DNA of 64,000 nucleotides from an uncultured Gemmatimonadales bacterium (GCA_963716255.1 OY970303.1:8160001-8224000), one strand, 5' to 3'; shown: positions 37,476 through 48,302, counted from the first letter of the stretch. Notes: generated by a model from the sequence alone, not told the origin. A program made the numbers and translations.

Positions 37476-38645
37476 TCAGCAGACCGCGTCCTCGGCAAGG
37501 ACCGAAGCCGCGTATACGCTCGTGCCGTTCGGGAATTCCGCTACCACTAGGTAGGAGTAGGTGCTGGAGTCGTCGTACGACCAGGTGTAGGTCCACATGC
37601 AGGAAGAGGTGCCGGTCCAGGCGTTCCCCGTATTGTAGAAGGTGCCGGAGACCGACCCCGACCAGGTTTCGGTCACCGTAGTCTGGAAATCGTTGCTTAT
37701 CCAGTCGTTCACCATTCGCTCCTCCACCCGGCGGACCAGATAGGAGGCGGCTCCGACCACCGGGTTCCAGCTCAGGACCACGGTCCCGCTCGGGTGGCTG
37801 ACGGCCAGCCCCGTAGGTACCGGCAGCGGGTAGAGCGTGCGGGTCGCCAGCTGGTCGGCGGCGCTGAAGCCAGCCCAGGAGTTTAGCGCCGTTCCGCCGT
37901 TCATCACGGACCCTGCGTCGCTTCCGGTCGGCGTGCCCCAGACGTGAAGGGCTCCTTCGCTTCCAGCCAGCTCGCCGCGCGCCTGCCAGTTGGTGTGGCG
38001 AAGGCCTAACGTGTGCCCGATCTCGTGCACCATGTTGTGCAGGCGCTGCTGGTCGTTCTGCCCGAAGTCGACGCAGCCGACCGGATTGACGGTGATGGTG
38101 GCGCCAGGGTTGCCACCTGACGGCCAAGATGCCGCGGCAGCGACATTCCTCAAAACGTTGCCCTGTGGATCTCTGATACAAGCAAGCGAAAAGGTGACGT
38201 CGGCCGGGCTACCCGGGGCAGCCTCCACGATACGCACGTAGCTCCCCCAAATGCCGCTCCACAGCGGCAAAGCAGCGCGCGCCGCATTCTCCCAGCCCGG
38301 CTCGGCGGCGAGCCCCGCCAGGTTCACGGTGATCTGGTTGACCTTGGGCGAGCCGACCAGGTTGCTGGTCCGGTACTGAAAGCGCGGCCCCATCGGGTCG
38401 TTCGTGCGGCGCGGAGCCGCACTTCGTAGCTGCGTCTTGGTGATCATGATGTCGCCTTCGACGAGCACGTAGTCGCCGAAGTCCTGGACCCTCTCACTCC
38501 GGAAGCCCATGGCCTCCACCTGCCGGGCCAGATCATCGACCTGATCCATGGGTTCGAGGATGGAAGTGCTGCGGGTCGCGTCGCAGGCGCCGAGCGCCAG
38601 CAGGGCGAACACGCCGATTCCTCTGAGGACGGAAGTGCGCTGCAT
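37476..38645 (-). CDS. M57-family (HEIGH) metalloprotease lipoprotein with C-terminal FN3-like domain
   Basis: LGAC lipobox, VEGDIMI, QYRTSNLV, HEIGHTLGLRHTNW, SVM Met-turn; VVLSWNPV.GA.SY. Confidence 0.88.
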   Translation of the reverse strand: MQRTSVLRGIGVFALLALGACDATRSTSILEPMDQVDDLARQVEAMGFRSERVQDFGDYVLVEGDIMITKTQLRSAAPRRTNDPMGPRFQYRTSNLVGSPKVNQITVNLAGLAAEPGWENAARAALPLWSGIWGSYVRIVEAAPGSPADVTFSLACIRDPQGNVLRNVAAAASWPSGGNPGATITVNPVGCVDFGQNDQQRLHNMVHEIGHTLGLRHTNWQARGELAGSEGALHVWGTPTGSDAGSVMNGGTALNSWAGFSAADQLATRTLYPLPVPTGLAVSHPSGTVVLSWNPVVGAASYLVRRVEERMVNDWISNDFQTTVTETWSGSVSGTFYNTGNAWTGTSSCMWTYTWSYDDSSTYSYLVVAEFPNGTSVYAASVLAEDAVC

Positions 38646-38833
38646 GGTGGAATCTCCTGCTGTGCTGGGGTACCGACCTGCCGCTGCGGCTGGGCGTGAC
38701 CGCATCGGCAAAAGCGAATCGTGGGGGCAGGAGCAAATAAGCGACATTTTTATGTGTCGTCAAGTATACTGTTATATTTCCGCCCCGCCGGATCGGCTAT
38801 CCCGGGCCCGAGGCTTCTCGCCGGCCAGACGGG

Positions 38834-39466
38834 CTACGGCAGCGCGCCGCTGCCGCCCAGGCGCTCGCGGACGCGCGCGGCGATCACCTCGATCCCCGGG
38901 GTATTGTTGCCGCCGCGGGGGATGATGACGTCGGCGTAGCGCTTGGACGGCTCCACGAACTCGAAGTGCATGGGCCGCACCGTCCCAAGGTACTGCTCGA
39001 CCACCGATTCCACCGTGCGCCCGCGCATTTCCAGGTCGCGCCGCATGCGCCGGATGAAGCGCACGTCCGCCTCCGTGTCCACGAAGATCTTGAGGTCGAA
39101 CAATTCCCGCAGCCGCGGGTCGCCGAAGATGAGGATCCCCTCCACCAGGATCACATCGCGCGGTTCGATGCGCACCGTGGTGCCGGCGCGGGTGTGGGCC
39201 GCGAAGTCGTACACCGGCTTGTCGATGGGCTCGCGCGCGATGAGCCGCTCCAGGTGCGCGACCAGCAGGTCGTTGTCGAGCGAATCCGGGTGGTCGAAGT
39301 TGACGCGCCGCCGCTCCTCCATGGGAAGGTGGTCCAGCTCGCGGTAGTACGAGTCGTGGTCCAGGAAGACGGCGGAGTCCAGGTGCAGCGAGTCGTAGAT
39401 CCGCCGCGCGACGGTGGTCTTTCCCGACCCGGTTCCCCCCGCGATCCCGATGACGAATGGCTTCAT
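38834..39466 (-). CDS. udk: Uridine kinase
   Basis: IGIAGGTGSGKTT, NFDHPDS, RRMRRD, EPSKRYAD. Confidence 0.95.
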   Translation of the reverse strand: MKPFVIGIAGGTGSGKTTVARRIYDSLHLDSAVFLDHDSYYRELDHLPMEERRRVNFDHPDSLDNDLLVAHLERLIAREPIDKPVYDFAAHTRAGTTVRIEPRDVILVEGILIFGDPRLRELFDLKIFVDTEADVRFIRRMRRDLEMRGRTVESVVEQYLGTVRPMHFEFVEPSKRYADVIIPRGGNNTPGIEVIAARVRERLGGSGALP

Positions 39467-39591
39467 GACGATGCGTTGCGGTACGATTGCCGGCCCGGAG
39501 AGGGCGCGCCGGCGCGGGCGTAGATGTACCCGGCCGCCCCGCCGGACGCAAGTCGGATGCGAGAAGTAGAGGGCCGTCCGCCTCCACACCC

Positions 39592-39721
39592 CGCGTGAGG
39601 GATTACGGCCCGAAGGGGCGAGACCCGGCGGCAGTTTGCCGGGGCTCGACTCCGTTGCAGACGGTTGTTTCGTTTGCTACGGAGCCGAAGCCCGACCCCG
39701 GCGCCAGCCGGGGGCACGCCC
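39592..39721 (-). repeat. Repeat family A copy 6
   Basis: Reverse-complement copy between the TonB-dependent receptor and udk. Confidence 0.9.
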
Positions 39722-39748
39722 AAACCCGCTGTTCGCCGTCCTGGCCGT

Positions 39749-39785
39749 AAAAGCGAAAGCGGGGCGACCCGAAGGCCGCCCCGCT
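39749..39785 (-). terminator. Rho-independent terminator of the TonB-dependent receptor gene
   Basis: AGCGGGGCG/CGCCCCGCT stem followed by TTCGCTTTT on the minus strand. Confidence 0.7.
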
Positions 39786-39819
39786 CGGTCCTACCCTGCC
39801 CTTCTACTTTCCGAAACCG

Positions 39820-42800
39820 CTAGAAGGTGTAGCGCAGCCCCAGCTGGATCTGGTAGCGCGAATCCAGGTTGGAGATGGTGAACGGGTCCGCCGGCGTGGT
39901 GAACGCGCCGTAGGTGCGGTGCCCGTTGACCACCGCGGTCCCGCTCGGCGTCAGCAGGTTGAACGCCTGGTTGTTCTGGAACTCGCTGCGGCCCCACTCG
40001 CGGTTGAGCAGGTTGCCGAAGTTGAGGATGTCCACCGTGATCTGCGCGTTCTGGCCGCGGAGCGCCGAGATGTTCTGCGCCAGGCGGAAGTCGAAGCGGT
40101 TGGACCACGGCTCGCGGCAGGAGTTCCGCTGGATGACGCGGCCGCGCGCCTCGCGCAGGCACTCCGTGTCCTCGATGAAGGCGTCCAGGCTGTTCCACGA
40201 CTGGAGCGGCGTGACCGTGGCGCTCGAAGCGAAGTTGATCTCGGCCTGGCTCGCCGGCACGTACACCAGGTCGTTGCCCGTGGAGCCGTCGCCGTTGATG
40301 TCGCCGTTGTAGCGGAACGAGTACGGCTTGCCCGACTGGCCCACGTACACCAGCGACAGGTCCGTGGAAAGACGGCCCAGCAGGTTCAGCCGGTACGACG
40401 TCGTCCCCACGATGCGGTGCGGCACGTCGTTGTCCGAGAGCGTCAGCTCCGGGTTGTTGGGGTCGTCGCGGTGCAGGTTGAACGACCAGTTGGAGTTGGC
40501 CGTGCTGTTGTTGAGCGGCCCCTTGTCCTCGGCGCGCGAGTACGTGTACGCCAGGGAGAAGTCCCAGTTGTTGCGGAACGGACGCTGGACCTGCCCGGTG
40601 AGGCTGTAGGTGGAGCCCTCGTCCGTGTTGGTCACGTCGATGGCCTGCCCGAGCCCCGGCGTGGTCCGGTTGCGGTACAGCGTGCGGCCCTCGACCTGCG
40701 CGGCGCCCGGCACCGCCTCGATGCGCAGGTTCTTGTACAGCAGGTCGTTGACGGTCTTGGTATAGAGACCCTCGAGGGTGCCCACCAGGCCCATGGGAAG
40801 CTGGCGGTCGATGGCCAGCGAGTAGCGGGCCACCTGCGGCAGCTCCAGCTCGGGATCGACCAGGTTGATGTTGTTCGGCGCCGCCGTCGTGGTCCCCGTG
40901 CAGTTGCGCGGCTGATTGTCCGGGTCAGCCACGAAGGTCGGCACGCCCTGCGCCGCCTGGCAGGTGAAGGTGACGTACTCCAGGCCGGTGTTGCCGTACG
41001 CGTTGCTGATCCACACGAACGGCGCGCGCCCGCTGAACATCCCCACGCCGCCGCGGATCTGCGTGGCCGCGTCGCCCGTCACGTCCCAGTTGAAGCCGAG
41101 GCGCGGGTTCCACAGCCCGTTGGAGGCGGGCACCTCGCTGGTGTGCCGCCCGTAGGTGCTGAACACCAGCGGGTTCTCGACCGGGTCCTCCGGGAAGGTC
41201 GGCAGCTCGTAGCGCAGGCCGAAGGTCACCTGCAGGTTGTCGCGCACGTCCCAGCGGTCCTGGGCGTACAGCGAGTAGCGCCGGTAGCTGAACTCGGCGC
41301 GCGGCTTGCCCGGCTGGTTGCCCGGGGTGGTGGGGTCCACGTCCGGCACCAGGTAGCGGAAGTCGTACTGCAGCGGCCGGCCCGCCACGAAGTCCGCGTA
41401 GCTGGCGAAGCGGTAGTTGCCGTACAGGTTCTGCGCGAACAGGTTGCTGAACTGCGCGAACTCGTTGCTCGTCCCCACCGTGAAGGTGTGGGCGCGCCAC
41501 GGGATGGTCAGGTCGTTGGTGATCTCGAAGGCGTCCTGGTCCAGCTCGTTGGCCACCGAGCTGTTTTCCGTGCCGCCGACGACCGAGCGCGTGCCGTAGT
41601 CCACCCGGACGAAGGGGAACCGGTCGCCGGGGGTGGAGCGCTGGTCGCGCACCCGGTTGTAGCCCAGGCGCAGCTCGTTGAAGATGCCGCTGCCGAAGCC
41701 CGAGTTCAGCTGCAGGACACTGCTGTTGGTGGTGTTGTCCTGCTGGTACCCGGCGTTCCCCAGGATGAACGAGCTGGCGCTGCGGCCGAAGTTCTCCCGG
41801 TACCCGTCGATGTAGTTGTGGCGCAGCGTGAGGCGGTGGTTCTGCCCCATGTTGAAGTCCAGCCGGCCGAACAGGTTGATGCTCTCGCGGCCGATGTCGC
41901 GGTCGTCGATGCCGCCCGGGTCGTAGCCCAGCGTCTGCAGGCGGTCGCTCACCTGCGTGGCCTGCGCCACCGTGATCCCCTCGTTGGGGTTGGTGCCGGC
42001 CACGTAGTTGGTGGGGTCGGTGCGGCGGCTGCTCTCGCCGGCCAGGAAAAAGAACGCCCGGTCCTTGATGATGGGGCCACCGAAGGAGCCGGCGATCTCG
42101 CGGCTCTGGAACTCCACCAGCTCGGACGACGCCGTGTCGCCGCGGGTGGTGTAGCGGCCGGCGAAGCGCTCGTCACGGCCGAAGCCGCTGAGGCTCCCCT
42201 GGAAGCGGTTGGTCCCGGAGCGGGTCACCGCGTTGATGGAGGCGCCGGTGAAGCCGTTCTGGCGCACGTCGAAGGGCGCGAGCACCACCTGGAGCTCCTG
42301 GATGGCCTCCAGGGTGATGGTCTTCGCGCCCGCCTGGCCGCCCGGCGAGCCGCTGGCCGACAGGCCGAACAGGTCGTTGCTGGCGGTGCCGTCGATCTGC
42401 AGCTGGTTGAAGCGGTTGTTCCGGCCGCCCGCGCTCACCGCGCCGGTGGTGGAGTTGGTGATCGCCATCTGCGGCACCAGGCGCGTGAAGTCCTGCAGGT
42501 CGCGCGTGATGGTGGGGGCCCGGCGGAGCGTGCTGTCGCTCAGCACCGTGGAGGCGCCCGTGCGCCCACGCGAGATCACCGCGCCTTCGTTCTCGGCGAC
42601 CACGGTGAGGCCCTCGAGCGCGAGCGCCTCCTGCGCCACCGTGAAGTCGAAGTTGGCCGTCTGGCCCAGCGACAGGACCACCTGGTTCCGTGTCTGCGCG
42701 CCGTAGCCCAGCGCTGTCACCTGGATCCGGTACGTCCCGGGCTGGAGGCCGGGCAGGAGGTACCGGCCGTCCCCGCGGGTGCCCACGCTCGACTGCGAGC

Positions 42801-42981
42801 CGTTGGCCGTGTTGGTGAGCGTCACCCGCGCGTTCGCGACGCCTTCGCCCTGCTGGGTCGTGACCCGTCCGCTGACCGCGGAAGTGGTCACACCCTGCGC
42901 GCGCGCAGCGCCCGGCAACGCGAGGCCGAGCAGCAGAGCCCACAGGACGAGGGCCGCGTTCCGCACACGTCGTTTGATCAT
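39820..42981 (-). CDS. TonB-dependent receptor (Oar-like, carboxypeptidase-regulatory N-domain)
   Basis: Signal peptide, GASINAVTRSGTN, YAQDRW, PRLGFNWD, C-terminal QLGLRYTF. Confidence 0.92.
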   Translation of the reverse strand: MIKRRVRNAALVLWALLLGLALPGAARAQGVTTSAVSGRVTTQQGEGVANARVTLTNTANGSQSSVGTRGDGRYLLPGLQPGTYRIQVTALGYGAQTRNQVVLSLGQTANFDFTVAQEALALEGLTVVAENEGAVISRGRTGASTVLSDSTLRRAPTITRDLQDFTRLVPQMAITNSTTGAVSAGGRNNRFNQLQIDGTASNDLFGLSASGSPGGQAGAKTITLEAIQELQVVLAPFDVRQNGFTGASINAVTRSGTNRFQGSLSGFGRDERFAGRYTTRGDTASSELVEFQSREIAGSFGGPIIKDRAFFFLAGESSRRTDPTNYVAGTNPNEGITVAQATQVSDRLQTLGYDPGGIDDRDIGRESINLFGRLDFNMGQNHRLTLRHNYIDGYRENFGRSASSFILGNAGYQQDNTTNSSVLQLNSGFGSGIFNELRLGYNRVRDQRSTPGDRFPFVRVDYGTRSVVGGTENSSVANELDQDAFEITNDLTIPWRAHTFTVGTSNEFAQFSNLFAQNLYGNYRFASYADFVAGRPLQYDFRYLVPDVDPTTPGNQPGKPRAEFSYRRYSLYAQDRWDVRDNLQVTFGLRYELPTFPEDPVENPLVFSTYGRHTSEVPASNGLWNPRLGFNWDVTGDAATQIRGGVGMFSGRAPFVWISNAYGNTGLEYVTFTCQAAQGVPTFVADPDNQPRNCTGTTTAAPNNINLVDPELELPQVARYSLAIDRQLPMGLVGTLEGLYTKTVNDLLYKNLRIEAVPGAAQVEGRTLYRNRTTPGLGQAIDVTNTDEGSTYSLTGQVQRPFRNNWDFSLAYTYSRAEDKGPLNNSTANSNWSFNLHRDDPNNPELTLSDNDVPHRIVGTTSYRLNLLGRLSTDLSLVYVGQSGKPYSFRYNGDINGDGSTGNDLVYVPASQAEINFASSATVTPLQSWNSLDAFIEDTECLREARGRVIQRNSCREPWSNRFDFRLAQNISALRGQNAQITVDILNFGNLLNREWGRSEFQNNQAFNLLTPSGTAVVNGHRTYGAFTTPADPFTISNLDSRYQIQLGLRYTF

Positions 42982-43207
42982 GTGTTTCTCGGTTGAGGAA
43001 GTAGCTGGGGAGATCCCGGGTCCCCTCGGGCGCGTTCAGGATAGCGCCCCCGGGCACCGCGGGACAGGCGGGAATGTAACACGTGGGCAACGATGGGAAA
43101 AGGAGAAAAAGCGCACCCTGGACGGGCGTCCACGAAAACGCGTTCGGGGCCGCCCCGGATCGCCCGGAGCGGCCCCGAAGGGACGCGATCGCGCCGCCCG
43201 CGCCGTC

Positions 43208-44596
43208 CTACCGCGTCATCAGGAACTGGAGGACGTCGGAGCGCGTGACGATCCCCGCCACGCCGGCCCCGTCGCGCACCAGCACCGCGGGGGTCTGGCG
43301 GGAAAGCATCTTGGACACCGAGTCCACCGGCTGGGAAGCGTCGATGGTCGGGAACGCCTCGTCCATCACCTCGCCCACCGTGGCGTCCAGGAAGCGGCTG
43401 CTTTCCAGGCCGCGGGTGACCAGGTCGTACTCGGTGACGCTCCCCACGCACTCCGCCCCGTCCATCACCGGGAGCTGCGACACGTCGTGCAGCTTCATCA
43501 GCCCCAGCGCCTGCCGCACCAGCGCCCCGGGGGTGGTGCCGATCACCGCCGCCGGGGCCTCGCTGCGGCGCTCCAGCAGCATGCCGATGCTGACGCGGTC
43601 CGCCTCCAGCAGCTGGTTCTCGCGCATCCACTCGTCGTTGTACAGCTTGGACAGGTAGCGCTCGCCGGTGTCGCACAGAAAGGTCACCACGCAGGCGCCG
43701 GGGTCGTCCAGCTGCCGGGCCAGGTTCAGCGCGGCGTGGGTGATGAGCCCCGCCGAGCCGCCCACGAACAGCCCCTCCTCGCGCGTCAGGCGCCTCGCCA
43801 CCGCGAAGGCGTCGCGGTCGCTCACGGTGACGAACTCGTCGACCACGCTCATGTCCAGCGTCCCCGGCACCTTGTCCTGCCCGATCCCCTCCACCTTGTA
43901 CGGCGCCCCCTCCACCTTCGCCTTCCCCCCGGAGCGCCAGGTCTCGGCCAGGATGGAGCCCTGCGGGTCCGCGGCGACGATCTTGACGGCGGGGTTCCTT
44001 TCCTTGAGGTAGCGCCCCACGCCGGTGATCGTCCCGCCCGTCCCCGCCGCCGCGACGAAGTGGGTGATGCGCCCCTCCGTCTGCTCCCACAGCTCCGGGC
44101 CGGTGGTGGCGTAGTGCGCCGCCGGGTTGGCCTGGTTGTAAAACTGGTCGGCGAGCACCGCGCCCGGCGTCTCCTCCGCGATGCGCTTGGCCATCATCAC
44201 GTAGTTGTCGGGGTGGTCGTGCGCCACCGCGGTGGGGGTGATGATGACCTCCGCCCCGAACGCCTTGAGGAGCCGGACCTTTTCCTGGCTCATCTTGTCG
44301 GGCATGGTGAAGATGCACCGGTAGCCGCGGATCGCCGCGGCGATCGCCAGCCCCACCCCCGTGTTCCCGCTCGTCCCCTCCACGATGGTCCCGCCGGGCC
44401 GGAGGGCGCCGCTCCGCTCCGCGGCCTCGATGATCGGCAGGCCGATGCGGTCCTTGACGCTCCCGCCCGGGTTGAAGAAATCGGCCTTGCCGAACACGGG
44501 CGTGCGGATCCCGCGCGTGATCCGCGTCAGGCGGATGAGCGGGGTCCACCCGATGGTCTGCAGGACGTCGTCGTACGGCTTCTCGTGACGGGACAT
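43208..44596 (-). CDS. Cystathionine beta-synthase with C-terminal CBS pair
   Basis: NPGGSVKDR, TSGNTG, AGTGGTITG, EGIG, DTGERYLSK and two CBS domains; start ATG 44596. Confidence 0.92.
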   Translation of the reverse strand: MSRHEKPYDDVLQTIGWTPLIRLTRITRGIRTPVFGKADFFNPGGSVKDRIGLPIIEAAERSGALRPGGTIVEGTSGNTGVGLAIAAAIRGYRCIFTMPDKMSQEKVRLLKAFGAEVIITPTAVAHDHPDNYVMMAKRIAEETPGAVLADQFYNQANPAAHYATTGPELWEQTEGRITHFVAAAGTGGTITGVGRYLKERNPAVKIVAADPQGSILAETWRSGGKAKVEGAPYKVEGIGQDKVPGTLDMSVVDEFVTVSDRDAFAVARRLTREEGLFVGGSAGLITHAALNLARQLDDPGACVVTFLCDTGERYLSKLYNDEWMRENQLLEADRVSIGMLLERRSEAPAAVIGTTPGALVRQALGLMKLHDVSQLPVMDGAECVGSVTEYDLVTRGLESSRFLDATVGEVMDEAFPTIDASQPVDSVSKMLSRQTPAVLVRDGAGVAGIVTRSDVLQFLMTR

Positions 44597-44628
44597 GTGG
44601 GGTCGGATCCGGGATCGGGAAAGGGGCC

Positions 44629-45012
44629 TCAGAGCGAATCGGGGCGCGCCGCGCCTTCGGTGTTCATGCGGAACTGCACCGGGAGGAGCACCCAGGCTCC
44701 CACCGGCTCGGGGCCGCGCCGGGCCGGCTCGAAGCGCAGCTCGCGCGCCCCGTCCACCGCCGCCTGGTCGAAGGCGGCCTGGCCGCTGGCGCGCTCCACA
44801 CGGGTGGAGTCCACCGTCCCCGCGGGGGTGACGAAGAGCCGCAGCACGGTCTCCCCCTCCACCCCCGCGTCCCACAGCTCCTCGGGGTACTGGAAGCTGG
44901 AGGCGGAGAGCTGCCGCGGCGGCGTTTCCACCACGGGCTCCGGCTCGCACCCCGCCGCGAGGGGGAGCGCGACCAGGAGCGCCAGGCGGACGAGGGGGCG
45001 AATGGGCTTCAT
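44629..45012 (-). CDS. Small lipoprotein with TonB C-terminal domain
   Basis: MKPIRP..LAAGC; YPEE..GVEGETV..FDQAAV..RFEPA..PVQF. Confidence 0.85.
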   Translation of the reverse strand: MKPIRPLVRLALLVALPLAAGCEPEPVVETPPRQLSASSFQYPEELWDAGVEGETVLRLFVTPAGTVDSTRVERASGQAAFDQAAVDGARELRFEPARRGPEPVGAWVLLPVQFRMNTEGAARPDSL

Positions 45013-45029
45013 GGCATCCGTCGCGGGGC

Positions 45030-47627
45030 TCAGCGCCTCGCGGTCTCGACCAGCTCGGCCAGGAGCACCAGCGCCTGGATCGGGGTCAGGTTGTGCACGT
45101 CCGCCGTGCGCAGCCGCATCAGCGCGGGGTGCGGCGGGGGTTCGAAGAGCGCCAGCTGCAGCTCCGGGGCGGGCGCGGCGCGCGGAAGCCTGCCGCCGGC
45201 GGGCTGCGCCGGGGGCGCCGCCCCCTCCAGCTCGGCCAGCACCTCGCGCGCCCGCTCCACCACCTCGCGCGGGAGCCCCGCCAGGCGCGCCACCTCCACG
45301 CCGTAGGAGCGGTCCGCGCCGCCGGGGAGGAGCCGGCGCAGGAAGACGATCTCCTCGCCGCACTCGCGCACCGCCACGTTGAAGTTTACCACCCCGGCGA
45401 GGCGTTCGGAAAGCCGGGTCAGCTCGTGGTAGTGCGTGGCGAAGATGGTCTTCGCGCCCACGCGGTCGTGCAGGTGCTCGGTGGTGGCCGTGGCCACGGA
45501 AAGCCCGTCCCAGGTGCTGGTACCGCGCCCGATCTCGTCCAGCAGCACCAGCGAGCGCTCCGTGGCGCCGTGCAGGATGGCGGCCGTCTCGCTCATCTCC
45601 ACCATGAAGGTGGACTGCCCGCGCACCAGGTTGTCCGATGCGCCCACGCGTGTGAAGATGCGGTCCACGATCCCCACCCGCGCCGACTTCGCCGGGACGA
45701 ACGACCCCACCTGCGCCAGCAGCGCGATGAGCCCCACCTGCCGCAGCACGGTGCTCTTGCCCGCCATGTTGGGGCCGGTGAGCACCATGACCCGCGCCCC
45801 GGCGTCCAAGCGCACGTCGTTGGGGATGAACTCGGCGCGCGGCATCATGGTCTCCACCACCGGGTGCCGCCCGCCCTCGATCTCCAGCGCGTACCCCTCG
45901 TCCACCTCCGGGCGGACGTACTCCCGCCGGACCGCCACCTCCGCCAGCCCCGCCAGCACGTCCAGCGCCGCCACCCGCTCCGCCGTGGCCTGGATGCGGG
46001 CCGTTGCCGCCGCCACAAAGGCGCGCAATTCCGTGAACAGGCGCAGCTCCAGCGCGGCGATGCGCTCCTCCGCCCCGAGCACCTTCTCCTCCCACTCCTT
46101 GAGCTCGGGGGTGAAGTAGCGCTCCGCGTTGGCGAGCGTCTGCTTGCGGTGGTAGTCGCCGGGGACGCGGTCCACGTTGGCGCGGGTGACCTCCAGGTAG
46201 TAGCCGAACACCTGGTTGAAGCCCACCTTGAGCGACGCGATCCCGGTGCGCTCCCGCTCGCGCGCCTGCATCCGCGCGATCCACTCCACCGCCCCGTCGC
46301 GCGCCGCCCGCAGCTCGTCCAGCTCCGCGTCGTACCCCTCGCGGATGTATCCGGGGTCGGCCACCGAGGCCGGCGCCTCCGGGTGCACCGCCCGCGCCAC
46401 CGCCTCGCACACGTCCCCCAGGGGGTCGGTCCCGTCGCGCAGCTCGGCCAGCAGCGCGCTCCCGGTCCCCGCCAGCGCGTCGCGCACCGCCGGGAGGCGC
46501 CCCAGCGAGGCGGCCAGCGCGAGCATCTCGCGCGGCGCCACCCGCCCGGTCGCCACCTTGGCGGCCAGGCGCTCCAGGTCGCGGATCTCCCCCAGCGCCG
46601 TCCGCATCGCTGCGCGCCGCTCCCCCTCCTCCACCAGCTCGCCCACCGCGTCCAGCCGGGCGCGGATGGGCTCCGGCTTCACCAGCGGCGACACGATCCA
46701 GCGGCGCAGCAGGCGCCCGCCCATGGGCGTCTGCGCCTCGTCCATCACCCGCAGCAGCGTCCCCTCCGTCCCGGTGCCGCGCAGCGTTTCCAGGATCTCC
46801 AGGTTGCGGCGGGTCATCTCGTCCAGCGCCATGACGTCGCCCGCGCGCTCCACACGCGGCGGGCGGAGGTGGTCGCAGCCGCCCGGCTGCGCCTCGCCCA
46901 GGTACGCCAGCAGCGCCCCGCACGCCCCTACCAGGTCCCCGTCCTCCCGCCCCAGCCCGAAGCCGTCCAGTCCCAGCACCCGGAAGCGCCGCGTGAGCTC
47001 GTCGCGCCCCGTTTCCGCGTCGAAGAGCCAGTCGCCGCGGAAGGTGCGGGTCACCCCCTCCGCCCCCGGAACGGGAAAGATCTCCCACGAGCGCGGCAGC
47101 AGCACCTCCGACGGCGCGATGCGCCCCAGCTCCGCCGCGACCTCCGCCCACGCGATGCGCCGCAGGATCACCTCGCCGGTGGACAGGTCCGCGCACGCCA
47201 GCCCCAGCGTGTCGCCGGTCTGCGGCTCGCCCGCGAGCGCTACCAGGAAGTTGTTGCGCCGGGCGTCCAGGAGCGCGTCCGAGAAGAGCGCGCCGGGCGT
47301 GACCATCTCCGTCACCGCGCGCTTGACGATCCCCTTGGCCTCGCGGGGGTCCTCCACCTGCTCGCAGATGGCGACGCGGCGCCCCTGCTGAACCAGGCGC
47401 TGCAGGTAGTTGTTGAGGGCGTGCACGGGGACCCCGGCCAGGGGGGCGCGGGAGCCGCCGTTGTTGCGCGAGGTGAGGGTGATGTCCAGCAGGCGCGAGC
47501 CTTCCTCCGCGTCCTCGTTGAACATCTCGTAGAAGTCCCCCACGCGCATGAACACGATGGCGTCGGGGTGGCGGTTCTTGACCTCCCGCCACTGCTGCAT
47601 CATGGGGGTCTCTGCGGCGGTGCTCAT
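45030..47627 (-). CDS. mutS: DNA mismatch repair protein MutS
   Basis: [42 protein letters not shown]. Confidence 0.97.
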   Translation of the reverse strand: MSTAAETPMMQQWREVKNRHPDAIVFMRVGDFYEMFNEDAEEGSRLLDITLTSRNNGGSRAPLAGVPVHALNNYLQRLVQQGRRVAICEQVEDPREAKGIVKRAVTEMVTPGALFSDALLDARRNNFLVALAGEPQTGDTLGLACADLSTGEVILRRIAWAEVAAELGRIAPSEVLLPRSWEIFPVPGAEGVTRTFRGDWLFDAETGRDELTRRFRVLGLDGFGLGREDGDLVGACGALLAYLGEAQPGGCDHLRPPRVERAGDVMALDEMTRRNLEILETLRGTGTEGTLLRVMDEAQTPMGGRLLRRWIVSPLVKPEPIRARLDAVGELVEEGERRAAMRTALGEIRDLERLAAKVATGRVAPREMLALAASLGRLPAVRDALAGTGSALLAELRDGTDPLGDVCEAVARAVHPEAPASVADPGYIREGYDAELDELRAARDGAVEWIARMQARERERTGIASLKVGFNQVFGYYLEVTRANVDRVPGDYHRKQTLANAERYFTPELKEWEEKVLGAEERIAALELRLFTELRAFVAAATARIQATAERVAALDVLAGLAEVAVRREYVRPEVDEGYALEIEGGRHPVVETMMPRAEFIPNDVRLDAGARVMVLTGPNMAGKSTVLRQVGLIALLAQVGSFVPAKSARVGIVDRIFTRVGASDNLVRGQSTFMVEMSETAAILHGATERSLVLLDEIGRGTSTWDGLSVATATTEHLHDRVGAKTIFATHYHELTRLSERLAGVVNFNVAVRECGEEIVFLRRLLPGGADRSYGVEVARLAGLPREVVERAREVLAELEGAAPPAQPAGGRLPRAAPAPELQLALFEPPPHPALMRLRTADVHNLTPIQALVLLAELVETARR

Positions 47628-47800
47628 CCGTCGCGGCGCGGGGCGGGTGCCGGACGGCTGCCGGGGGTGGTGCGAGGCATCACTAGCGGGGAGCGGGAGC
47701 GCTGCTTTCTGGACGGCGGAAGGTAGCCAGGGTGGTCGATGCGGGCAACTCCTTGGCGCTGTTCCTGGGTTCGTCTGTCAATGGAGTTAGGTGTGGCGGC

Positions 47801-47960
47801 GGGGCCGCTACGGAGCCCGGCCAAACTGCGGCCGGTCTCCTCCGCGGGCTCCGGGAGCCCCGGAAAACTGCCTCCGGGTCTCCCTGCGCCGGGGTGAGCC
47901 AGCCGAAACTGCCCGGCTGTCTCCCCCCGCAACGGATTCGGGGGGTACTGCGGGAACGGC
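47801..47960 (-). repeat. Repeat family B copy c
   Basis: Three hairpins with compensatory stem changes (CCCGGA/TCCGGG, CCGGCC/GGCCGG). Confidence 0.88.
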
Positions 47961-47968
47961 GACGGCAG

Positions 47969-48017
47969 GCCCCCTCCCCCCGGCCCCCTCCCCCGCAAGC
48001 GGGAGAGGGGGAGCACG
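47969..48017. repeat. Repeat family C
   Basis: CCCCTCCCCCGCAAGCGGGAGAGGGGGAGCACG. Confidence 0.8.
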
Positions 48018-48302
48018 GCATGGACGCCCGTTCGGCTGCCCTGCCTTGATGCCGGCGAGGGAGGGAGTGGGGGTGGTCGCAGGAACCAAAGCTGTCCGAG
48101 CGACAGCGAGTGCTCGCTCGCTACGCTCGCGAGGGAGACCAGCCTCACCCCCGACCGCCACGCACGGTGCCGGGCCGCCGCGCCGTCGGGCACGACTCTG
48201 GCACCCGCGACGACTCGCGGTCGGGAGATCGGGGCGCGGATGCGTCCCCATCTCCCGCTCCCCGTCATCTCCATCACCAGGAAAACCCGAGCGGCCGGAC
48301 GG

